64,000 nucleotides of DNA from an uncultured virus (IMG/VR IMGVR_UViG_3300027542_000007) (taxonomy: Duplodnaviria; Heunggongvirae; Uroviricota; Caudoviricetes): positions 1 through 64,000 of IMG/VR virus record IMGVR_UViG_3300027542_000007, one strand, 5' to 3'. A program made the position numbers and the translations under genes. Shown here one piece after another: positions 18,305 to 29,651 of the stretch (position 1 is the first letter of the stretch; each line of letters starts with the position of its first letter). A model generated the notes under the pieces. The model searched no databases. It was given only the letters and a program-made list of their open reading frames with translations, and was not told where the DNA came from.

Positions 18305-18407
18305 AGTATATGGGAGATGCCTCACCGAGGCATCTCTCGAAACAATTCATTTGAATATATATTATATTCATGAAATAAAATACGAATGAAAGAGGGACGA
18401 AAATACT

Positions 18408-20615
18408 ATGCAAAATTTTCATGAAATTATGGAAAAAGAATCTGAACGAATAAGCTCGCTTGAACAGGTTCTCGGTAAAGGACTATACCAACCGTTTTCA
18501 ATATCTAATTCTGGTTCCAGAAAAGTATTGTTTAGTACCCAGTTGGACCACTCCATCCCGTTGCTTAATCCGGAAATTCCAATAATTTCTACAGGATATG
18601 AAAACAAGTATGGAGATTACTCAGCATCTATTATTAAGATGGATGATGATTACGAGGTAATAAAGAAAATTTCTAAGTTTTCTCGTATTCCTAATCATCA
18701 GTATTTATTAATAATAAAAAATAAGAATACTGGTCAATTAGATGTGTTAGAGAGAATCATGTACAAGAACAAAACTGAATCTTATGGGTATCTATATGAT
18801 ACTAAAATAATGGATGAATTAGACGAAGGGTATACTATTAGAAAAGGAGAGACGGTAAGGTCATCTAAAGCGTATGACGGATATATGAATCGTTGCGATG
18901 GAGTGAATCTCAAAGTGTCATATATATGCCAAGACAAAACTATGGAAGATGGCATCAGAGTTTCTCAATCTGCAGCTATTAAATTATCTTCTCCATTTAT
19001 TAAGAAAATCCCCCCAGTATTTCTTAATGATAATGATATACCTCTTAACTTATATGGAGATAGCGATACGTATAAATGCTTCCCAGATATAGGAGAGAAA
19101 GTTAATGGTGGATTGGTATTTGCTACAAGAAGAGAAAATCAGGACGATATTTTATATACGCAATCAATAGAAATGCTCAAACAGGTATTAATGAGCGATT
19201 CAAAGTATATAGTATCTGGGGATTCAGAGATAATTGATATAGATATCCAGACGAATAATCCAGATATGCTTGGAAAGTTTCAGAATAGCCAGTTAAATTA
19301 TTACTATGAGGAGAAACAAAGATACCTGTTTGAAATTATAACTACAGTAGAATCCCTTGCGGCAAAAGGAGATAACTATATATCATATGAATTAGAAAAG
19401 TTGTATGTTGAAGCCAAAAGACAATTTCAGAATACAGAGTATTTATATGATAAAACATTCTCTGGCACCATGTTAGAGATTACCATACTAGAAAGAAACA
19501 TTCCATCTGTAGGAGATAAACTTTCTAATAGATATGGAGGAAAAGGAGTAATATCCGAAATAGTATCCGATAATCTAATGCCCATAGATAAGGATACCGG
19601 GAAGGCAGTAGATATTTCATTTAATAGTTCCACATGTGTAAACAGATTAAATGATGGGCAATTGAAAGAACAGTCTTTGACCCATATAGGCTCTAGAATT
19701 ATCCAGTATATAGTACAATCTGGAATGGTACAAAATACGGATGCAGCTCTAGCACACATTGTAAAATTTGTTTTATTATGTTCTCCTCTTTATGGTAGAG
19801 TGTTGGATAGCATGATATTAGAGATGAGTGATGAAGACAGAGATATTTATCTTCAAAATATAATAGACAGTGGTTATATTGCTTTGTGTATCAAGCCGGC
19901 TAGTGAAAACCTGACCCTGGATCAATTAGATGTGATTTATAAAGAGTTCCCGTATGTTAAGCAAAGAGAAATGATGGTGCCTATAAAGGATAGTAATGGT
20001 AATATAAGATACGTACCATCTAGACGTCGTATAGTGGTTGGAGATATGTATATCTACAGATTGAAACAATATGCGGAAGAAAAATTCTCAGTAACAAGTT
20101 TATCATCTGTGAATATTAGAAATGAAAATACAAGGTCTAAGCTTTCAAAGAACTATAAGAGTTTGCACTCTAATACTCCTATTAAGTTTGGAGATATGGA
20201 AAGTAATGATCTAGGCCATGCTGGTATTGAAAATGTATTAGCTATACTGATGATTCATTCAGTGTCTCCACAGGCAAGAAGATTAGTTTATGAAATGCTT
20301 ACAGATGACCCATACAATATTGATATACGACTCTCGGACAATGCGGTAAACCGTACAGCACAAATAGCAAATATATATCTTAAAACAATGGGATATCGTC
20401 TAAAGTTTATCAAGATCAAAAAGAAGATACTCCATGGGTTATATAAAAAGGGTATGGTATATCATTGGGGAGATAAAGAGCTTCCTCGCGGCATGACTTA
20501 CATCAGTGACGAAGAAGAGTATGATTTCGATAAGAATTATCAAAGAATGCTTGAAGCCGAAGAAGAGTTTGCTAAACGAGGAATGGTATACGAAGGTATG
20601 CATTATGAACCATAA
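18408..20615 (+). CDS. RNA polymerase beta subunit, C-terminal half (probably non-virion RNAP)
   Basis: MEDGI, VGDKLSNRYGGKGVIS, YIYRLKQ, KFGDME. Confidence 0.92.
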   Translation: MQNFHEIMEKESERISSLEQVLGKGLYQPFSISNSGSRKVLFSTQLDHSIPLLNPEIPIISTGYENKYGDYSASIIKMDDDYEVIKKISKFSRIPNHQYLLIIKNKNTGQLDVLERIMYKNKTESYGYLYDTKIMDELDEGYTIRKGETVRSSKAYDGYMNRCDGVNLKVSYICQDKTMEDGIRVSQSAAIKLSSPFIKKIPPVFLNDNDIPLNLYGDSDTYKCFPDIGEKVNGGLVFATRRENQDDILYTQSIEMLKQVLMSDSKYIVSGDSEIIDIDIQTNNPDMLGKFQNSQLNYYYEEKQRYLFEIITTVESLAAKGDNYISYELEKLYVEAKRQFQNTEYLYDKTFSGTMLEITILERNIPSVGDKLSNRYGGKGVISEIVSDNLMPIDKDTGKAVDISFNSSTCVNRLNDGQLKEQSLTHIGSRIIQYIVQSGMVQNTDAALAHIVKFVLLCSPLYGRVLDSMILEMSDEDRDIYLQNIIDSGYIALCIKPASENLTLDQLDVIYKEFPYVKQREMMVPIKDSNGNIRYVPSRRRIVVGDMYIYRLKQYAEEKFSVTSLSSVNIRNENTRSKLSKNYKSLHSNTPIKFGDMESNDLGHAGIENVLAILMIHSVSPQARRLVYEMLTDDPYNIDIRLSDNAVNRTAQIANIYLKTMGYRLKFIKIKKKILHGLYKKGMVYHWGDKELPRGMTYISDEEEYDFDKNYQRMLEAEEEFAKRGMVYEGMHYEP

Positions 20616-20704
20616 TAATGAGGGAAAGATGGAAACGTCTTTCCCTTTTATTTTTTAAATTGTAAAGTAAATATATAATATAATAGTGAAAGGAGTGATA
20701 GTCA

Positions 20705-23068
20705 TTGAATTCTTTGAGCTTAGACTTGAGTCAAATCATTAGAGACTGGCAGCAAGGAAAGCGCATTGAATATTGGCGTAACGAATTGCTTTCAAATAGT
20801 TCCCAAATTAACGAATATGTCGTGTCATTATTAAGAGGACCAATCTTACCTTGTAATCTTCCGTCTACTATAGAGTATAATGTACGTAATATTTTGATTA
20901 TATCAAATATATTGTATAATAATACAAATGCAAGTGCATTATTATTGGAAGATGGTATTTATGATAAATTGGTAACCTTTTACCATTATTATACTGGTAA
21001 AGATGTAGTAGGTGCAATACCAGTACGATTTAAAGATACAGTGGAAAAGAAATCTGAAACTGTAATGATTAAGGGAATGGAATATTTGAATAGTGATTAT
21101 GACAATAAGTTCTTTGAGAACTCATTATTCTTCGAGGACTTATATCATAATGCTCCGTTCAACCCGGAAGTATCTCTATATCCGGGTATGACATATGATA
21201 ATACAGTTACAAAAAGAATTAGAAATACAACACATGCGAATCCAGAATTAGTTGGAACTTTGGATAAATGCAAATTCTGTTTAGTTTCTCAAGCAAGGAA
21301 TACAGATCCAAAGTTATTGGATGATCCAACTGTAAAGATCGTAGAAAGAGATTTCTTTGCAAAACACATAGAGGAAGGATTGATAAATCCAAATGAAATA
21401 ATTGATGTGTGTTTGGAACTGAAGTACGACGGAGTATCAATAGAAGCTACAATATTCAATGATAAAATTGTTCGAGCCGGGACACGTGGAGATACTGAAG
21501 CTGATTTAGCATCTGATTTGACTCCTATTTTGAAAGGGTATAGGATGCCTAGAGCATTGCCTTTGAACAAGGAGATCAATGTCAAATTTGAAGCTATTAT
21601 GACATACTATAATTTGCAAAAATACTCAGAAGCTAAAGGAAGAGACTTTATTAATGGGAGAACAGCCATTATTTCTTGGATAGGTTCTTCAGACGCGTAT
21701 AACTACAGAGAGCTAATTACTCTAGTACCACTGGCTACAGATTTAGTTGACGAAAACGGACAGCATATAGACAGGCTTGTAGAAATAGAGTTCATGAATA
21801 AATTCCTTACAAGAACCGAGTTACTTAGGTATTCAGTTATAAGTGGGAATTTTGAAAGTGTACTATATCAAGTATATAAGTACTCTAAAGAAGCCGAATA
21901 TATGAGAAAGCTTATTCCGTTTATGTATGACGGAATTGTTATATCATATCTTGATCCAAGAATTCGTCAAGCATTGGGCAGAAAATCGTTTATTAATAAA
22001 TATACGATAGCCCTAAAATTTGAGCCGCTGGTCAGAAGGACCCGGTTTGATCATTATACCTTTGAAGTTGGGCAGAATGGGGTCATCACCCCACGGATTT
22101 GGTATGATCCTGTGGAGTTTTTTGGCTCCATTCATCCAAAATCTTCTGGGCACTCATATGGAAGATTTAAAACTTTATCTCTTAGGAAAGGAGATTTAAT
22201 CGATGTCACCTATCGAAACGACGTCATGCCATATGTAACAAAGGCAGATTGTATAGAGAATGATAATAATCCTAATCCTATAATAGAGTTTCCGAAATTC
22301 TGTCCGGAATGCAATACTGAACTCAAGTTTACAGATTCCTCCGCCAGATGTCCAAATCCAAAGTGCAAAGCAGTGATGAGGAAGAAGCTCACGAATATGA
22401 TGGCTAAGCTCCAGTTTAATGGGTTTGCTGAAGAAACTATAAATCAGCTTAATATAAACTCATTTCATGAACTTATGCAATTGAAGCTACAAGATGTGGA
22501 ATTCCTTGGACCATTAACCGCGCAATCGTTAATAGCTCAAATTGAAGAATTGAAAGTTAAGGGGTTGCCAGACTATGTTTTAGTTGGGGCTCTCGGGTTT
22601 ACGAATTGTGCTGCCGCAGTTTGGAAAAAGATATTTTCTGTCATCACATTGCACCAGCTTATTGAGTTAGCTGATCTTAATTATATAGATGGAGTAGACG
22701 ATATATGGTATATACTTGTAGATATTCCATCTATAGGAGAAAAGATAGCTCAAACGATTTGTTACGAGATTCCGGACTATATAGCAGATCTTATGTATAT
22801 AAGGGATCACGTTAGGTATAAGATTACCTATGGAAGCAAATCAGTAAAGATGCGATTCACCGGATTTAGAGATAAAGACTTAGCTGGTAGACTTGTAGAG
22901 GCAGGAGTGGATTTGTCAGAGGGATCAGTTACAAAGGATACAACTTTCTTAGTTGTTCCCTATGAAGGTTACAATACAGGAAAGAAATATAAAGATGCCA
23001 ATAAATATGGGGTGCCGATTATTACCAGAAATGATTTGGAAGAGCATTTTTCCAATTATACAAGTTAA
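20705..23068 (+). CDS. ligA: NAD-dependent DNA ligase
   Basis: ELKYDG adenylation motif, TRGD, DGIVI, ALKF, CPEC...CPNPKC zinc finger, C-terminal BRCT (SVTKDTTFLV). Confidence 0.93.
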   Translation: MNSLSLDLSQIIRDWQQGKRIEYWRNELLSNSSQINEYVVSLLRGPILPCNLPSTIEYNVRNILIISNILYNNTNASALLLEDGIYDKLVTFYHYYTGKDVVGAIPVRFKDTVEKKSETVMIKGMEYLNSDYDNKFFENSLFFEDLYHNAPFNPEVSLYPGMTYDNTVTKRIRNTTHANPELVGTLDKCKFCLVSQARNTDPKLLDDPTVKIVERDFFAKHIEEGLINPNEIIDVCLELKYDGVSIEATIFNDKIVRAGTRGDTEADLASDLTPILKGYRMPRALPLNKEINVKFEAIMTYYNLQKYSEAKGRDFINGRTAIISWIGSSDAYNYRELITLVPLATDLVDENGQHIDRLVEIEFMNKFLTRTELLRYSVISGNFESVLYQVYKYSKEAEYMRKLIPFMYDGIVISYLDPRIRQALGRKSFINKYTIALKFEPLVRRTRFDHYTFEVGQNGVITPRIWYDPVEFFGSIHPKSSGHSYGRFKTLSLRKGDLIDVTYRNDVMPYVTKADCIENDNNPNPIIEFPKFCPECNTELKFTDSSARCPNPKCKAVMRKKLTNMMAKLQFNGFAEETINQLNINSFHELMQLKLQDVEFLGPLTAQSLIAQIEELKVKGLPDYVLVGALGFTNCAAAVWKKIFSVITLHQLIELADLNYIDGVDDIWYILVDIPSIGEKIAQTICYEIPDYIADLMYIRDHVRYKITYGSKSVKMRFTGFRDKDLAGRLVEAGVDLSEGSVTKDTTFLVVPYEGYNTGKKYKDANKYGVPIITRNDLEEHFSNYTS

Positions 23069-23156
23069 TCAACTTCATTATAAATGCAGATGTGGTCATA
23101 TACTATATCTGTGTAGAAAACTACAAATATCTTAAACGTTTAGGAGGAAAAGAAAC

Positions 23157-23753
23157 ATGAAATTTACAGAGACAAGTGTACCGGAGAACTTTATCACAGA
23201 AGCAAAGGCTACAGGTTTGTTGTTAGAGGCAGATGATATCAAGAGATTTGCTGAGCTCTTCGTTGCCGGCGTTTCAGATGCATTGGCTGTGGTTAAAACA
23301 AAGGACACCCCAACAGCAATTGTTGTACCTAATATTAAAGGTGACCCGGTTATGGCAGCTATTGTAGAGTACAATGATAACAGCGATGGAGAAGGACAGG
23401 GGAACTGGAACTATTATTGGACATTTGACCCGGCTGACCTTGATGGTAAAAAGCGCTATGATGTTTATGACCCACAGATGTGTGCAGTTATCAACAAGAG
23501 AGGATTCGAGATGTTCAGGGTTAAATTCCCGACGTCCGATACCTGTGCCAAGTTTGGTACAATATTCGCCAATCTGATGAGTGACCTTTTGCAAACAAAT
23601 GCGAAGGAAAAAGAGGATTTCATCGTAGAGCACGAGGGGTATTTCATGGCAAGTGCGGCTGTTGAAGATGGAAAGGTGGTTAAGTCGTTCCTCCCGGATG
23701 GAGCTATGAAGCGCATCATTAAGGATGACGAAGCTACAGAGAAAGCTGCATAA
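23157..23753 (+). CDS. Hypothetical protein
   Basis: AGGAGG RBS, 198 aa. Confidence 0.8.
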   Translation: MKFTETSVPENFITEAKATGLLLEADDIKRFAELFVAGVSDALAVVKTKDTPTAIVVPNIKGDPVMAAIVEYNDNSDGEGQGNWNYYWTFDPADLDGKKRYDVYDPQMCAVINKRGFEMFRVKFPTSDTCAKFGTIFANLMSDLLQTNAKEKEDFIVEHEGYFMASAAVEDGKVVKSFLPDGAMKRIIKDDEATEKAA

Positions 23754-23826
23754 TAATCTTTGATAAAAATTCGGGGAGGCATAATAAATGTCTCCCTGTT
23801 TTATTTTTAGTAAAGTGAGGCTTAAT

Positions 23827-24462
23827 ATGAATAAAGTGAAGATAAGAGATACCATGTACGACGTAGTATCATTAGAAGAGTATATTAACAATAAGGAATT
23901 ATACTTGCCTAGATATACTGCAATACATGATAAAGAAAACGGATTAGTGCTTCCGATAAAAACTCAATCGAATGAAACGGGTACTTGTATATCTGTGGAA
24001 TCCGGAATGTCTTATGTGTTAAACTTACCAGAAGACACCAGCGAGTTTTCAGATAAGAATATAATTGATTTGGAAAACAACTCTTCTATAGGGGAATTGA
24101 TAAAAAAGCAAGATATGGTGAGAGGGTTGGAGAGAGATATATTGATGGCACCTGACCCTGACGATATATTCAGGCCCAAGATATTTGATGATGATGCTGG
24201 AGAAATGAAAGCATTAAAAGAGGCCGTAATTTGCAAGGGGATAGATCTTGATAAATACGCTCCTAGATTCGGAGCAAACTTTAATAATGATAAGAGACTA
24301 TTTAATAAGCCTACGATTTCATTGGCAATGCTTAAACGGATGTGTGAGGCATTAGACATCGAAGCATCGATATCATTAAAAGATAAATCCTCAACAGTAC
24401 CAAATCCAATAGGGAAGACTATAGAAGTAAAACTTACTGGTGTATCGGAGGAAGACAGTTAA
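23827..24462 (+). CDS. Hypothetical protein, possible C-terminal HTH
   Basis: GAGG RBS before ATG 23827; ISLAMLKRMCEALD resembles an XRE-like helix. Confidence 0.7.
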   Translation: MNKVKIRDTMYDVVSLEEYINNKELYLPRYTAIHDKENGLVLPIKTQSNETGTCISVESGMSYVLNLPEDTSEFSDKNIIDLENNSSIGELIKKQDMVRGLERDILMAPDPDDIFRPKIFDDDAGEMKALKEAVICKGIDLDKYAPRFGANFNNDKRLFNKPTISLAMLKRMCEALDIEASISLKDKSSTVPNPIGKTIEVKLTGVSEEDS

Positions 24463-26192
24463 TGAAAACACATTTAAATCAAGCGTCGTTTCTTAGGGAA
24501 TTTTCTGACGAGTTCAGAGAGGATTTTAATCCGGCATTTTTCTATCGTTCTGATGACGATATCATTACAGAATTGCAGAAAGTTATTCTGTCTTGTCAGA
24601 GAGATAGATACTTTATGATTAAGGTAGAAAGCTTTGAGATTAAAACGGGATATGAGGAAATTTTAAATGAGCTCCGTAGAGACGAGTTCACAAGCAATAG
24701 AGCTAAAGACGATAAAGATAACAGATATAATTATGTAAATCTAAAGGATTCTGAGATTAAGTTATTGATAGTGAATTACTATATCAGGGTCTATGATGGG
24801 AATCCCGATAATCCTGAAAATACGAAGAGGTTACGCGTATTAATAGAAGTACCAAGAATAGTAGACAAGTATTACTTTAAGATATTTGGTAATATATATT
24901 CTTCTATGTTTCAGGTTGTAGATGGCTCTACGTATAACAATACGTCGTCTGCAAATTCAAAGAATCAAAATGTAACCACCAAAACAGTTTTTATGGCTAT
25001 ACGTTTATACAGGTACAGAAAGCAACTGGATACAGTAAGTCATGGGGTTATACCGTGTACTTTCTTTTTATCTAGAATATTTAATAAGCCTGTGCTTATT
25101 TTTATATATTTCTTGGCTCGATTTGGCATTTACAGGACTTCTGAAATATTTAAGGTGTGGGATTTACGAGTATCCGAATCGTATGATCCTAATGATTCAG
25201 ATAGAATAGTTGCAGAAAATCACGGGATTTATGTTTCTTTGCCCAAGTTTATCTATGAGGAAGACCAAGTTGCTCAATCTTTGATGTATACCATAGTTAA
25301 TTGCATTGGTAAAGATGCTAATATAAATAATATCTTTAGTACAGAATATTGGATGTCTGTACTAGGTGGACAGTTTGGGAAGAGGACAGAACGCAAAGGG
25401 CTATCCATATTGGATTCATTTGAATCGATATACGACCTTGCTACCATGTGTGATATTCATTTACCATATGAAGACAAGGATACTATTTATACTTTATTAT
25501 TATGGGCGATAAGGGAATTCTCTGCATTGAGGCAAAAAGATATTTTTGACATCGCTTTTAAGAAACTTAGGTATCCTGATTATATAGCTGCTTTGTACGC
25601 TATGAAGATGTCGAGAGGAATATTCAGAATAGCAGACTCTGGAAAGGTTACCTTAGACCAGTTGATTAAAGCCATTAATATATATCCAGACTATCTCCTT
25701 AAACAAATCACAAAAGATAAACTGGTTAATTACCAGAATGCAGTGAATGACCTTGACGCTATTCATGCATTAAAATTCACTTATAAGGGGGTAGCTGGAA
25801 TAGGAGAAGAATCAAATAACAAAGGTTCGTCTGTACCGCCGGCATTCAGAAGGGTTCATCCGTCACATCTAGGGAGAGTTGATTTAGATACAGCGTCTCC
25901 TACAGACCCAGGGTTAACGGGTATGCTTTGCCCGTATGGCGAACTATACGGGACATCGTTATCAGATTATGAAGAGCCGAATACTTGGAGAGAGAAATCT
26001 GATGAATTGCTAAGACAATATAAGGAAATGTGTGGATTCCAAGAAGCTATGCTGTTTAAAAGAGAATTGGGATTTCCCATTGATAACAGTAGAATGGCAT
26101 TATTGGACGATGCGAAAGATATGTTTAAGTCTCTAATGGAACCAGTTGTTGTTATTGAAAATGAATTGACAAGAGGAATGTTGTATTTTTAG
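24462..26192 (+). CDS. RNA polymerase beta subunit, N-terminal half
   Basis: RRVHPSHLGRVDLDTASPTDPGLTG resembles beta [24 protein letters not shown]. Confidence 0.85.
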   Translation: MKTHLNQASFLREFSDEFREDFNPAFFYRSDDDIITELQKVILSCQRDRYFMIKVESFEIKTGYEEILNELRRDEFTSNRAKDDKDNRYNYVNLKDSEIKLLIVNYYIRVYDGNPDNPENTKRLRVLIEVPRIVDKYYFKIFGNIYSSMFQVVDGSTYNNTSSANSKNQNVTTKTVFMAIRLYRYRKQLDTVSHGVIPCTFFLSRIFNKPVLIFIYFLARFGIYRTSEIFKVWDLRVSESYDPNDSDRIVAENHGIYVSLPKFIYEEDQVAQSLMYTIVNCIGKDANINNIFSTEYWMSVLGGQFGKRTERKGLSILDSFESIYDLATMCDIHLPYEDKDTIYTLLLWAIREFSALRQKDIFDIAFKKLRYPDYIAALYAMKMSRGIFRIADSGKVTLDQLIKAINIYPDYLLKQITKDKLVNYQNAVNDLDAIHALKFTYKGVAGIGEESNNKGSSVPPAFRRVHPSHLGRVDLDTASPTDPGLTGMLCPYGELYGTSLSDYEEPNTWREKSDELLRQYKEMCGFQEAMLFKRELGFPIDNSRMALLDDAKDMFKSLMEPVVVIENELTRGMLYF

Positions 26193-26234
26193 TACATTCT
26201 ATTAACCACTAAAATCGGATGGAGGAGTACTGAA

Positions 26235-26489
26235 ATGGCAAACGAGTCAAAGAAGACTTACAGATACTTTTTGTATTCTAGAGAACAATATCAACAACGA
26301 TTAGAGATAGAGAAGACTATTGGAAGGGTTTTCAACCCGGGTAAAGTATTATCCAATGGGTCATGGAAACCCTTTACTGATATATCTTCGTTACCAAGTA
26401 ATTCCTTTGCAGATTCAAAAATTGTTGCTGAAGGGTATATAGAGGACATGAAATATACCAACCATAATAGTCAGTGGGAGGTAATCTAA
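26235..26489 (+). CDS. Hypothetical protein
   Basis: GGAGGAG RBS, 84 aa. Confidence 0.75.
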   Translation: MANESKKTYRYFLYSREQYQQRLEIEKTIGRVFNPGKVLSNGSWKPFTDISSLPSNSFADSKIVAEGYIEDMKYTNHNSQWEVI

Positions 26490-26490
26490 T

Positions 26491-26772
26491 ATGCTCAAAA
26501 GAGGAATGATTTATTTAGACGCTAATCAGTGTCCAAACTGTGGAGGAAAGCTACACTTGGTAAGTGTAGAAAAAAGCATTTCAAATCTTAGCAAGGATGG
26601 TATACCCGTTATAGATAGAAATATCGATGATGAAATAGAGATATGGCTGTCATGTAAAAAATGTAAAACTTTGTATGATGTGGAAAAAAATGGTCTTTAC
26701 TTTGGAATTAAAAGAGACCTGCCGGTTATTGAAAAGGATATTGATGATTTTAATCCGTTTTTAATAAATTAG
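26491..26772 (+). CDS. Small Zn-ribbon protein
   Basis: CPNC...CKKC; N-terminal RGMIY. Confidence 0.75.
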   Translation: MLKRGMIYLDANQCPNCGGKLHLVSVEKSISNLSKDGIPVIDRNIDDEIEIWLSCKKCKTLYDVEKNGLYFGIKRDLPVIEKDIDDFNPFLIN

Positions 26773-26781
26773 AGGTGTATT

Positions 26782-27600
26782 GTGGAAACTTACGAAATCA
26801 ATAGTAAATTTACGGTGGGACAAATCCAAAATACGGCTTTCAATGTACTAATGGCGTACTCTTCATGTTTGATTGCAGTTGGGTGCGCCAATGAAAAGAT
26901 TAAGCTTATAGAAAGCCGAAAAACAATGGATCCAAAACTGATATCTATAGCATTTGGAGATAATTCACCTGACTTGTTCGAGTACCCAGGGGAAATCGGA
27001 AAGTTTGTAGATAAAATTCCTCTTCTAATTGATGAATTTGCGAAATCTTATAATTTATCATTGGGAGAGGATATTACGATTTTCATATCTACTGCTGCTG
27101 AAAAAAATCCATATTGGAACTCGTTGTTTGATGAAGACATGGAGAATGGAGACGAACAGCATCAAAAATCCAATACGAGCATCATAACAGAAAAGCAAAA
27201 ATACATGGATAGATATGAGAGTATAAAAAATCCAGATAATGCCATACAGATTTTTAAGTTTAAGGATCTAATGCACAGATTTCATTCTTTTATGAATGAT
27301 GAATACGAAAGGATATTTTTGGTTCAATTCGTATGTAAAAATGATTATATTGGAGTCCCGTCTCACATCATGATATGCGTAGACAAAGTAATAATGTTTC
27401 CAACTGCATACATGGGATTTTCAATGTATAGACCAGACTTAGAAGGGTGTCCATTTATGAGAGAACCAGAAGTCGTGACGTATAAAGAAGATATATTATA
27501 TACGTTTAAAGACTATTGCGAATTGGCTAAAAACACTTGTAGGAAAATTACAAATAATAATTTTGGTATATTTTATTATGCGGAGGAGAAAGATGTTTAA
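26782..27600 (+). CDS. Hypothetical protein
   Basis: GAGGTG RBS, 272 aa. Confidence 0.75.
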   Translation: METYEINSKFTVGQIQNTAFNVLMAYSSCLIAVGCANEKIKLIESRKTMDPKLISIAFGDNSPDLFEYPGEIGKFVDKIPLLIDEFAKSYNLSLGEDITIFISTAAEKNPYWNSLFDEDMENGDEQHQKSNTSIITEKQKYMDRYESIKNPDNAIQIFKFKDLMHRFHSFMNDEYERIFLVQFVCKNDYIGVPSHIMICVDKVIMFPTAYMGFSMYRPDLEGCPFMREPEVVTYKEDILYTFKDYCELAKNTCRKITNNNFGIFYYAEEKDV

Positions 27601-28300
27601 TAAAGTAGTTTTAGATATATTGAATTTATTTAGCGCTGAGCCAGCTGCTGTGGCTAGTCAGATGCCTAGTATGGAAGTCGGAATGATAGCTAAGGCGTAT
27701 TTTGGCATTGACCCCAAATCATTGGTGAGGGGTTTGGTTTTATACCCAACACCTGAGATAAAAATGATTATAGCGGTTCATAATAATTCAAGTATAGAAA
27801 AGATTATGAACGATGTTATCATTTCTAATGGGGTATTTGCTGTAGCTTTTGTTATACCGTATAACCGCATTGAGACTACTGACGGTAATGCGATCAATGC
27901 AGCAAGATTAATTTCAGCTATTGTGACTTCATATGTAGAAATTATCTCTTATAGTAAGAGAGTTTTGCTGGAGCAATTCGACGGGGGGAAAGCCGCATTG
28001 ATCCTGTATCAAGCGGTCCCGGTGTTAGTTACTGAAATTATGCGTAAATTATACGTGGGTCCAACTCTCCCATCTGTAATAGCTTCAACCTTAAGATTAG
28101 ATACTAATAAGTATAGTATAATAACAGAGCAATGGATTGAAACTATTATATCTATACTCGAAGACGATAATTCTGTAGAGGATTTGTTAGATAATGGATT
28201 TATCTGTGCTATCCCTCCAAATTCTAAAACATATCCCGGTCTATGGCCAACGTTTGAAATTGCTTCCAAAGAGGAGGAGGAAGAAACTTCAAATGATTAG
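27593..28300 (+). CDS. Hypothetical protein
   Basis: GGAGGAG RBS before ATG 27593. Confidence 0.75.
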   Translation: MFNKVVLDILNLFSAEPAAVASQMPSMEVGMIAKAYFGIDPKSLVRGLVLYPTPEIKMIIAVHNNSSIEKIMNDVIISNGVFAVAFVIPYNRIETTDGNAINAARLISAIVTSYVEIISYSKRVLLEQFDGGKAALILYQAVPVLVTEIMRKLYVGPTLPSVIASTLRLDTNKYSIITEQWIETIISILEDDNSVEDLLDNGFICAIPPNSKTYPGLWPTFEIASKEEEEETSND

Positions 28301-28583
28301 AGGAATGACTTATCTTAGAGAAGATACATGCCCGTCTTGTATGATGGAAAGAGCTTTAGATATATATGATGAACATGATAAAAGAGCGTATTTTCAAGTA
28401 ATGCTGGATCAAAGCAAGACTGACAAATTACTTTCTAGAAGGTTTTATTATTTTAAATGCAGTAATTGTGGAAAAACCTTTGACATAGATTGGTCTGGTT
28501 CTTCTAGAATCCCCATACCACTTAACGATAAAAAGAAGAAAGCATTTTTACGAGAATATGCAGCTACGGGAAATCTCCTGTAG
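28293..28583 (+). CDS. Small Zn-ribbon protein
   Basis: MIRGMTYL, CPSC...CSNC; GAGGAGG upstream of ATG 28293. Confidence 0.75.
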   Translation: MIRGMTYLREDTCPSCMMERALDIYDEHDKRAYFQVMLDQSKTDKLLSRRFYYFKCSNCGKTFDIDWSGSSRIPIPLNDKKKKAFLREYAATGNLL

Positions 28584-28643
28584 CTGTTATTTTTTATAAT
28601 TAAGAAGACATTCATATAAAATGACGTATAGGAGGAATTAAAA

Positions 28644-29177
28644 ATGGTTTTGATTTTGGGGATATTTATAGTTTATGCGATTGTACAATGTATAGTTAAT
28701 AATATATACGGGTATAAATGTAATAATATAGCACGGCGTTTGAGTACGCTAAATCGTCTTTTAGTTAGCATTATGATTACCATTATTATTTTAATATTGT
28801 TTTTGACTATCTGTAATGATAAAATAGAGGTGTCTTACTATAATTATCGTGAATCATACTATCTTAAGAATATGAACGATAAAGAAGCAGAGGAACCGAT
28901 TTATTATAAGCACGATAAAGGTAATTACACAGTATACGCACTAAATGGGGACGAGGAAAGAGAAATAACGATACCCGCAGAAAATGTAAGTATAACTCAT
29001 GATAATAATTGTGAACCGTATATTACTATTGAAGGCTTTAAAATAGAATACCCAGAATTAGGTAATATTTTACTTGGGAGGGAAGAAGATCAAGATGTGA
29101 TATCGGGAGTAAAACTAGTCATACCATATGAAAATAATGACTATTTTAAATACAGAAACGAAACTAATATTTATTAA
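28644..29177 (+). CDS. Membrane protein (two N-terminal hydrophobic helices)
   Basis: Hydrophobic N-terminal segments; AGGAGG RBS. Confidence 0.75.
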   Translation: MVLILGIFIVYAIVQCIVNNIYGYKCNNIARRLSTLNRLLVSIMITIIILILFLTICNDKIEVSYYNYRESYYLKNMNDKEAEEPIYYKHDKGNYTVYALNGDEEREITIPAENVSITHDNNCEPYITIEGFKIEYPELGNILLGREEDQDVISGVKLVIPYENNDYFKYRNETNIY

Positions 29178-29195
29178 AAATAAGGAGAAGATAAA

Positions 29196-29639
29196 ATGAA
29201 ATTAAAAAAATTCAAAATGACAACTAAAATTAACAAATCAGTACAGGCTCTTTTAGATTACGAAAGAATCCCTGTTGTGAAAATATTGTCAGATAAGGAC
29301 TTTGTCAATAAATATCCGCAGCTTAAAGGAATAAAATTTGGAAGAGATACAGTCGGGTTTGTTTATACTAAAGGGGATGATGTAGTTGCTATTTTATTAG
29401 CAAAAACAAAAAGATATAATATGAGAAGTGTACATAAGATTCGAGTATTTGAAGGTTATAAAGACAAAGACCTTGAACTCGGACTTATTCATACCGCAGT
29501 GATAAATTTAGACTGTGCGTATGCAATACAAAAATCCAAAGATAGCAAAGTAATAGAAGCATTTGAAGAATATGGATTTACAATTATAGAGAGTTATGGA
29601 GATAGGGTATTATTGAGTGCTACTAAACTAATATGGTAA
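29196..29639 (+). CDS. Hypothetical protein, degenerate GNAT-like fold
   Basis: IRVFEGYKDKDLELGLI...AFEEYGF resembles GNAT motifs A/B. Confidence 0.45.
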   Translation: MKLKKFKMTTKINKSVQALLDYERIPVVKILSDKDFVNKYPQLKGIKFGRDTVGFVYTKGDDVVAILLAKTKRYNMRSVHKIRVFEGYKDKDLELGLIHTAVINLDCAYAIQKSKDSKVIEAFEEYGFTIIESYGDRVLLSATKLIW

Positions 29640-29651
29640 GGAGATAATAAT

